From the NCBI GenBank assembly GCA_002498205.1, contig DAGQ01000056.1:1-32142 (forward strand): a stretch of DNA of 32,142 nt, given 5' to 3'. Source of the DNA: Euryarchaeota archaeon UBA596. GTDB taxonomy: Archaea > Thermoplasmatota > Poseidoniia > Poseidoniales > Poseidoniaceae. Position 1 is the stretch's first letter; each line of letters begins with the position of its first letter. The position numbers were made by a program, and so were the translations under genes. The notes beneath the pieces are model-generated. The model searched no databases and was not told the DNA's origin. It saw only the letters and a list, made by a program, of their open reading frames with translations. This document shows, piece by piece, positions 26,662 through 32,142 of the stretch.

Positions 26662-27934
26662 GAAAAAACATGTATTGTATCACGGGGGGCGTTTTTTGAC
26701 GAAAAATATTTTTGATGCGGCTCTCGATGCACCTTCTTTATTTATCGATAAAGAACTTCTCAGACATAGTCATGTTCCAAATGAATTACCTCACAGAGAT
26801 TCTGAAATAGAGTCAATCCGATTTAACCTTGTTGAAGCCTTGAAAGGTCATATTCCATCTAATATGATTTTGTATGGTGTCACAGGAGCTGGAAAGACAG
26901 CAGTTATCAGATTTATTTGTGACCAATTAATTGCTAAAGGCAATGAATTAGGTAGGGTTGTTAATCCATTAATTTTGAATTGTAGGAATGTAGATACTCA
27001 ATATAGGGTACTTGCTCATTTAGGAAACTCTTTGATGGAAGATTTTGAAGAAAAGATACCATTTACTGGTTGGCCTACAGATAGAGTATTTGGAAAGTTA
27101 GTAAAAAGAATGGATGCTATGGGAGGTGTCCATGTTATTGTTCTAGATGAAATAGATCATTTAGTTAAAAAATCAGGTGACGATTTATTGTATAACCTTA
27201 CTAATTTGAATGCTGATTTGAATAATGCGAGAAGTTGTGTAATTGGAATTAGTAATGATTTAACTTTTACAGATTACTTGGATCCAAGAGTTCGAAGTAG
27301 ACTTGGTCAGGAAGATGTTGTATTTACTCCATATAAGGCCAGTCATTTAGAGGATATCTTGAGGAAACGTTCTGAGATTGGAATTTCTGAAGGGGTAATT
27401 GAAACAGGTGTGATTCAACTCTGCTCTGCTCTAGCTGCACAAGAACATGGAGATGCTCGTAAAGCACTAGATTTATTACGCGTTTCGACTGAAAAAGCAG
27501 ATCAGGAAGGTTCAACAAAAGTGTGTGAAAGGCATGTAAGAATGGCTCAAAATCAGATTGAATGTGATCAAATCACCCCTGTAATTGCAACTTTACCATT
27601 CCAGCAAAAATTAGTATTATTTTCAGTATTAATTAATGAACAAAACGGATTAAATAATATTGCTACAGGTGAAGTTTATGAGGTTTACAAACAAGCCTGT
27701 CGTTTTGCAGGTGTTAATTTTTTAACTCAAAGAAGAGTTACTGATTTGATTTCAAATTTAGATATGCTAGGGTTGATTAGTGCTAAAACAGTAAGTCGTG
27801 GTAGATATGGAAGAAGTAAAGAAATTAATAGTTGCATTCCAGTAACAATTGAGGCTTCAGAAATAATGCGTAATGCTGATCATGGAATGATTCCAGTAGT
27901 GCAAGGAAAATTTAGATTACAATCAAGGCTTTGA
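26651..27934 (+). CDS. cdc6: Orc1/Cdc6 replication initiator
   Basis: HVPNELPHRDSEIESI, Walker A GVTGAGKTA, Walker B VIVLDEIDHL, and a winged-helix C-terminus. The start is uncertain: GTG 26651 lies inside the dyad, while TTG 26696 follows the G6 run by 6 nt. Confidence 0.88.
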   Translation: MLEPKKHVLYHGGRFLTKNIFDAALDAPSLFIDKELLRHSHVPNELPHRDSEIESIRFNLVEALKGHIPSNMILYGVTGAGKTAVIRFICDQLIAKGNELGRVVNPLILNCRNVDTQYRVLAHLGNSLMEDFEEKIPFTGWPTDRVFGKLVKRMDAMGGVHVIVLDEIDHLVKKSGDDLLYNLTNLNADLNNARSCVIGISNDLTFTDYLDPRVRSRLGQEDVVFTPYKASHLEDILRKRSEIGISEGVIETGVIQLCSALAAQEHGDARKALDLLRVSTEKADQEGSTKVCERHVRMAQNQIECDQITPVIATLPFQQKLVLFSVLINEQNGLNNIATGEVYEVYKQACRFAGVNFLTQRRVTDLISNLDMLGLISAKTVSRGRYGRSKEINSCIPVTIEASEIMRNADHGMIPVVQGKFRLQSRL

Positions 27935-27937
27935 CAA

Positions 27938-28522
27938 TTGTTAAACCAAGTTGCTAAGTCGCAGGGCTTAATGAGTGAAGTAGCGGACGAAGCAACAACT
28001 AGTTTTTTGGTACCAAGTAAAAGGATTTCTGGTTGGTTATTTATTCTTTCAATTTGGGGTATTTTGTTATGGTTACTTAATTTATTGAAAATGGCTACAC
28101 CCACAGGAGATAAGGTTGTTTGGTCTAGTCTACTTTCGATAGGTTTAATCGGTGGAGATTATCAAACAACTAATCCCGATTTTAGACCATTTAGTGATGG
28201 AATTTTTATCATACTCTGTGTTATAATTAATGTTTTAGCAGTAAGGGGAATTAACTCAAATGTTGAAGGTGGTATGAAAGGTTGGTTAATGAATATTAAA
28301 TCTGACTTTTGGCCTGCATTGGTAGATTTTTCTGGTAGTATTAGAAAGACAGTATCGTTATGGTGTATTTTAATTGGAATTTCCTTTTACATAACTTGGG
28401 GTATTTTGAATGGTGGATGGGTAGATCCTGGAGTTTATGCTGTAGCTGCCCCATTTGTAGCATTTGGTTGGGCATTTGGCAAATTAGCAGATGCAGAAGC
28501 TTCCGAGCCAAATGAAAACTAA
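27938..28522 (+). CDS. Hypothetical integral membrane protein (about 4 TM)
   Basis: Hydrophobic segments WLFILSIWGILLWLL, GIFIILCVIINVLAV, LWCILIGISFYITWGIL and AVAAPFVAFGWAF. The start may be ATG 27971. Confidence 0.6.
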   Translation: MLNQVAKSQGLMSEVADEATTSFLVPSKRISGWLFILSIWGILLWLLNLLKMATPTGDKVVWSSLLSIGLIGGDYQTTNPDFRPFSDGIFIILCVIINVLAVRGINSNVEGGMKGWLMNIKSDFWPALVDFSGSIRKTVSLWCILIGISFYITWGILNGGWVDPGVYAVAAPFVAFGWAFGKLADAEASEPNEN

Positions 28523-29565
28523 TTGGGAATAAAAGTTTCAATTCTAGATTTACATCTCAATTTTACTTTTTCGTCTGAAATACAAATAACAATCCCTTCA
28601 TTTGGTTGCCCATAAATTACGTATGCATCTAGTGGTAATGCTAGATGTAAGATGATTGGAGCAAGATCCTCTTCACCTTCGACTTTAATCATGACTTTAT
28701 GATTTGATTTCGCTGCAGAGATTAAGCAATTACTAAATTCTGGTGTAATTTTACCAGCGGGATTTTTACAATTGATTATCTCATCATAGCCTTGAATTTT
28801 TGGAATTAATTCCTCTGGTAAATCTTGTCTTTTTGTCCTCCCGTCAATTACAGAAATATCTGGAATTATTCCACTTTGTCTTAGTGCTGAAACACAAACA
28901 TCACCAACCGCTACAACTTTCCCTGAAATTTGATCAAAATCAAAATCCTTTTTTAATTTTGAAATTGCAATTGATGTATCTTCTTCTGGACCTTCAAATA
29001 ATGTTCCAAATGGTTTTTTGAGTGTACCTTCAATAGATTTAGGCATTTGTAATATGTTTGATATTTTTGAATCATCAATCCATTTTTCTCCTTCTCTAGT
29101 GTATGTGCCATTTCTGATTAAACTACTAGATAAAATACTTCCATCTTTGGTAAGAAAATGTTCTACTGAGATGATGTTTAATGGTTCTAAATTAGACTCT
29201 AATCTTGTTGAGTTGATTTGTTCACATGCAGGTAAGGTTTCTTCTGTACAAATTATTGCATCACAATCGTTTCTCCATTCTGCAGGACCTACGTTATCTT
29301 CTAATTCGTTGATAAATACTCTTGGTGAATCTCCGTTTCTAAAACCTATTTCATTTTGTTTTTTTCCTATCCATGACTTCAAGAAAGAACTACGTTCACT
29401 AAATGATTGGACAGCCCCCGTTTTTTGAGATGCTATTTTATCAGAAGTAATCCAAATTTCTAGCGCATCACATTCTTTTAAAGCAGTTAGAATTAATTTT
29501 TCATGACCTTGGTGGAAATGGTCAAAAGTCCCTCCAAGTAAACCTCTCTCAAACGGTCTTGCCAT
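28519..29565 (-). CDS. Fusion of archaeal phosphopantetheine adenylyltransferase with a DUF359-type (GTP-dependent) dephospho-CoA kinase
   Basis: N-terminus GGTFDHFHQGHEKL (nucleotidyltransferase HxGH). C-terminus VAVGDVCV...SVIDGRTKR...NPAGKITPE...KVEGEEDLAPI...YGQPNEGIV, matching the DUF359 pattern as I know it. Confidence 0.75.
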   Translation of the reverse strand: MARPFERGLLGGTFDHFHQGHEKLILTALKECDALEIWITSDKIASQKTGAVQSFSERSSFLKSWIGKKQNEIGFRNGDSPRVFINELEDNVGPAEWRNDCDAIICTEETLPACEQINSTRLESNLEPLNIISVEHFLTKDGSILSSSLIRNGTYTREGEKWIDDSKISNILQMPKSIEGTLKKPFGTLFEGPEEDTSIAISKLKKDFDFDQISGKVVAVGDVCVSALRQSGIIPDISVIDGRTKRQDLPEELIPKIQGYDEIINCKNPAGKITPEFSNCLISAAKSNHKVMIKVEGEEDLAPIILHLALPLDAYVIYGQPNEGIVICISDEKVKLRCKSRIETFIPN

Positions 29566-29619
29566 TGAACAACTGATATTGGAATCACTCTTGAGTTTTT
29601 GGTTATTTTTTGAAATTTA

Positions 29620-29885
29620 GGGCCCTGGTGACTAACGGCCAATATCACTGTTTCCTCCGAGGCCTGACCCATTCACCAGGGCGTTGAGGACTACGGGGTT
29701 GTCCAACCATCATCCAAAAGTCCGGCGGGGACCCATTCGTAGCCACTATTGTCTGTTTTTGCAACAAGGATCATTTCAAAAGATCACCATGTTCTTCGAT
29801 ACAGACGTACCACAACTTGGTATCGTCATTTCATATTTCCATCCGGCGAGGGGCAGAAATCCATGCGATGTTGCAGTGTGGTAAA
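29620..29885 (+). ncRNA. GC-rich structured non-coding island: one ~265-nt RNA or two adjacent RNAs. Family unassigned.
   Basis: By my count 29621-29745 has 73 G+C of 125 nt, against 10 of 39 in the preceding 39 nt. Perfect 10-bp stem 29622-29631/29673-29682. Second stem 29691-29695/29738-29742. GACCCATTC repeated at 29666 and 29730. TCCGGCG(G/A)GGG repeated at 29721 and 29842. Lies between two minus-strand genes. Strand call rests on G-rich loops only. Confidence 0.5.
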
Positions 29886-29918
29886 TCTCTGTAATTGTTA
29901 TTGCTTTTGAATTCTTTG

Positions 29919-32142
29919 TTAGGAAATTTTTAACTGTGGTGAATTTCTTAAATTTTCATGAAACCCTGTTTTTCTTGAAAGAATTCTTTTTGATACATTT
30001 TCATCACCTTCAAAATCAATTAATAAATTAAGATCTGGCCATAATTCGAGAGGTTGAACTAACCAACTAATGTGTTTGTGAGACTTTCCAATTGTTGGAG
30101 ATACACCCTTTCTGACAAATTCTAGAGAGTTTTTTAAATCTAATAGTTGTAGAATTCCCTCTTTGTCTCTAATTGAATCCATTCTATCTAGGGTTTGTAA
30201 TAATAATTCAAATAAGTCACTATTACATCCTGGATGTTTAATTTCTCCAAATCCTGGAAGTTGGTGGATTTCTTTTGGCTCTCTTAAAATTGCAGCAGAC
30301 CATGAAATATTTTCAGATTCTAGCCAAGACCTACCCTTCGAACTGTCCATACAAATTTTCAATAATTCTTCTGCTAATGGAGCCCACCATTCAATGTCGC
30401 CTTTTGAAATAATTTTTGAAGCATCATCAAAAGTTAAATTAATATCTGTTTCGTATTTTGAAATTAACTTCTTCCAAATAGCAACTTTCGAATCTTCATC
30501 ATTGATTTCACTATTTGATATTGTAGAAATCCAGTGATCATCAATTTCATTTAATTTTTGCATCCAATGAAGTATGTTTAAGACCTCATTAAAATCCCCT
30601 AAAGATAATTTTTGATTTAATTTAATCCATGGCTTTAATCCTAATTTGATTAGGTTTATTCGAATTGATGGTGCTAACCAAGGGGCAGACGAGATTAGAC
30701 ATGAAAACCACCATGCTTTTTCTTCTTCTGATCCATTAAGTAATATTTTTCTATAATTTAATGAAGAATCAGGATTATTTTGCAAATTAGAAATTAATAT
30801 TTTTCTAGATTTTAATTTCCATTCATTAGGTGCATTTAATGCTATTTTTCCTATGAATTCTATTGGTATTAATTCAGGAGGCAATAATTCTACCCAATGA
30901 GGCTCAATTCTATTGGAAATACGTTGCCAACGAAGCCATCTTAAGTTGGATGGTGTAATAATCCAAGATTCTAATGGATTCTCAAATTCTAATTTATTAG
31001 CTTCAAATTCATTTCCTGTGGGGTACTGTTTACAACATTCAATAATTAAATTTGATTTTATTAAATTTATATCAATTTGAGATTTTTTCATAAGTCTCAT
31101 TAATTCTGCTGGTATTGTGTAATTTTCTTCTGCTACAGTCCCCTCAGATTGGGTGGTGGAGATTTCAACACTAATTGGTAGGATTATTCCTCTGTCTAGA
31201 TGTAGATTCATGATTGGTAAGTTAGATTGTTTTGTTTCTCTTAACATCAGATTGGGCTTTCTTCCATTCCATTTTTCAATTATAATTATTCTTAACGCTG
31301 GGTGTCTAAGAATTACGTCTGAATCTATATTGGAAAGTTCAATATTTCTCGGCCATTGTATTGATAGGGGTACACCTTTGAAGTCTTTCATTACCCATTC
31401 AATTATTGACATTAGTGCGTTTTTTCTAATTTGTGAATTATCAAAAAACAACTCGTTTGATTTTTCCTGCTCACTCCATTTAGAATTGCCCCAGTCTAAT
31501 TTGAATTTACTCCATGTTGCTTGCTCTCCTGATGTTCTTCGTTTTTTCTTTACTCGCTTAACAATTCCTAATTCCTCTAAAATGAACTCAAATCTTTCAT
31601 TTTGAGACTCTTCGGTGAGCTTAGGGTGTATTCTTTTTACCCAATATTCTAATATTTTTATCGGAAATTCGTTAACTTCTCTAGATAATAAACTTGCTTC
31701 TCCAATAATTATTCCGTCACATGCGGCGGCTTCAAGAAGTAAATTAATTCCTAACCTTCTTCCAATCTCTGCAATTACTGGTCTTTGTGGCTTAATTTTA
31801 TGTTTGTCATCATGGAATGTGGCTAGTGTCCAACTATAGTCTTCGTTTAGTAATGTTGGTAATTTTGGAAAAATATTTTCTGGTGTTTTTGGAAACCATG
31901 AACCAACGGGTAGTGAAAATTTTTTTTCTGGTTCTAGTAGTCTTGCTCTTATTATGCAAATAGCCTTTTCTTTTTGATCCCACTCAGTTATTCCTTCTGG
32001 ATTGCTTTGTTCAGGCTCTTTAATTCGTTCAAGGGTGGGAATTGAAAACCACCTAATTTCAAACTCTCTTGAAATTGCCCATGTCCATTCTGCCTCTACC
32101 CCTTTATTTCTAGTGGAACTTTGGGATTCAAAATCAGATGCA
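29919..32142 (-). CDS. Large Trp-rich hypothetical protein, 5'-partial (at least 741 aa in the window)
   Basis: The ORF track stops at a TTG (31451). My manual translation of the same minus-strand frame has no stop from 31452 to 32142 (...ASDFESQSSTRNKGVEAEWTWAISREF...FHDDKHKIKPQRPVIAEIGRRLG...KSNELFFDNSQ). No motif I recognise. Confidence 0.65.
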   Translation of the reverse strand, partial: ASDFESQSSTRNKGVEAEWTWAISREFEIRWFSIPTLERIKEPEQSNPEGITEWDQKEKAICIIRARLLEPEKKFSLPVGSWFPKTPENIFPKLPTLLNEDYSWTLATFHDDKHKIKPQRPVIAEIGRRLGINLLLEAAACDGIIIGEASLLSREVNEFPIKILEYWVKRIHPKLTEESQNERFEFILEELGIVKRVKKKRRTSGEQATWSKFKLDWGNSKWSEQEKSNELFFDNSQIRKNALMSIIEWVMKDFKGVPLSIQWPRNIELSNIDSDVILRHPALRIIIIEKWNGRKPNLMLRETKQSNLPIMNLHLDRGIILPISVEISTTQSEGTVAEENYTIPAELMRLMKKSQIDINLIKSNLIIECCKQYPTGNEFEANKLEFENPLESWIITPSNLRWLRWQRISNRIEPHWVELLPPELIPIEFIGKIALNAPNEWKLKSRKILISNLQNNPDSSLNYRKILLNGSEEEKAWWFSCLISSAPWLAPSIRINLIKLGLKPWIKLNQKLSLGDFNEVLNILHWMQKLNEIDDHWISTISNSEINDEDSKVAIWKKLISKYETDINLTFDDASKIISKGDIEWWAPLAEELLKICMDSSKGRSWLESENISWSAAILREPKEIHQLPGFGEIKHPGCNSDLFELLLQTLDRMDSIRDKEGILQLLDLKNSLEFVRKGVSPTIGKSHKHISWLVQPLELWPDLNLLIDFEGDENVSKRILSRKTGFHENLRNSPQLKIS

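Noticed and set aside
29018-29428. 136-aa plus-strand ORF antisense to the PPAT-DPCK gene (and 28800..29021+)
   Set aside because: The opposite strand carries clear catalytic motifs. The antisense translation has no features and typical shadow-ORF composition.
29622-29683. tRNA reading of the first hairpin (7-bp acceptor-like GCCCTGG/CCAGGGC plus discriminator G)
   Set aside because: Only 47 nt lie between the acceptor halves, against 58 in a standard tRNA. There is no T-arm (GTTCRANYC-like) or D-arm.
29661-29700. 5S rRNA reading, because CCTGACCCAT resembles the loop B / helix III region of 5S
   Set aside because: The CCGAAC...GGAAGTTAAGC continuation is absent, and the termini do not form helix I.
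29622-29745. Double-hairpin H/ACA guide RNA, or C/D box sRNA (TGGTGA and CTGA in hairpin 1)
   Set aside because: No ACA/ANA box follows either lower stem. The C-like box is buried in a perfect 10-bp stem, so a k-turn cannot form. I keep this only as something for Rfam and covariation analysis to test.
29835-29860. SRP (7S) RNA helix-8 reading of TCC-GGCGA-GGG-GCAG
   Set aside because: The conserved 5' AGG / 3' AGCA symmetric-loop pattern and the GGAA-type tetraloop are not reproduced. Too little sequence follows to form the 3' strand of helix 5 and the Alu domain.
29684-29884. 66-aa ORF (TTG start) inside the GC-rich island
   Set aside because: It has no SD and an implausible composition. 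The region's stems and repeated motifs are better explained as RNA structure.
29620-29885. RNase P RNA reading, triggered by CCAAAAGTCCGGCGG resembling CR-I GAGGAAAGUCCGG and by GGCAGAAAT resembling the ACAGAA of CR-V
   Set aside because: No complementary P4 3' strand (..CCGG-CUU..) exists anywhere in or around the island. The 5' end pairs locally rather than with the 3' end (no P1). The length is short for archaeal type A.
31153-31839. Plus-strand ORFs 31153..31605 and 31615..31839
   Set aside because: They are antisense to the long uninterrupted minus-strand frame and have Leu/Ile/Ser/Phe-rich AT-driven composition.
1-32142. Mobile elements, prophage, CRISPR arrays or defence islands
   Set aside because: I noticed no integrase, transposase, Cas or restriction-enzyme motifs, no terminal inverted repeats and no regularly spaced direct repeats. 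The only repeats are in-frame repeats within the adhesin gene.

Overview
AT-rich, tightly packed chromosomal segment. By inference it comes from a planktonic archaeon of the Thermoplasmatota / Marine Group II-III kind. Archaeal markers: Orc1/Cdc6, class Ia aldolase, archaeal PPAT fused to a DUF359 dephospho-CoA kinase, FlaI/FlaJ-type filament genes, a 2-phosphoglycerate-kinase homolog and GGTG-type Shine-Dalgarno sites. These sit among many bacterial-looking metabolic genes: GlpX, acyl-CoA desaturase, BoxB-like diiron oxygenase, crotonases, a CysJ-like diflavin reductase and AccC. I call about 29 CDS, two of them running off the window edges. I saw no rRNA, tRNA, CRISPR array, transposase or integrase. 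Main points of interest: (1) a type IV filament operon at 2709-7821 with a split platform and two Gln(+1) pilin candidates, directly downstream of a giant Ca-binding adhesin; (2) a minus-strand cluster at 10735-15600 built around a shortened BoxB-like CoA-thioester epoxidase, a half-length BoxC-like crotonase and a non-BoxA flavoprotein, flanked by a membrane acyl-CoA desaturase; (3) a GC-rich, strongly self-complementary non-coding island at 29620-29885 that I could not assign to SRP RNA, RNase P RNA, 5S or tRNA by eye; (4) a GC-rich dyad plus G-string overlapping the cdc6 start; (5) a PPAT-DPCK fusion; (6) a large Trp-rich orphan ORF open to the right window edge. All family assignments come from motif recognition by eye. 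No searches were run.
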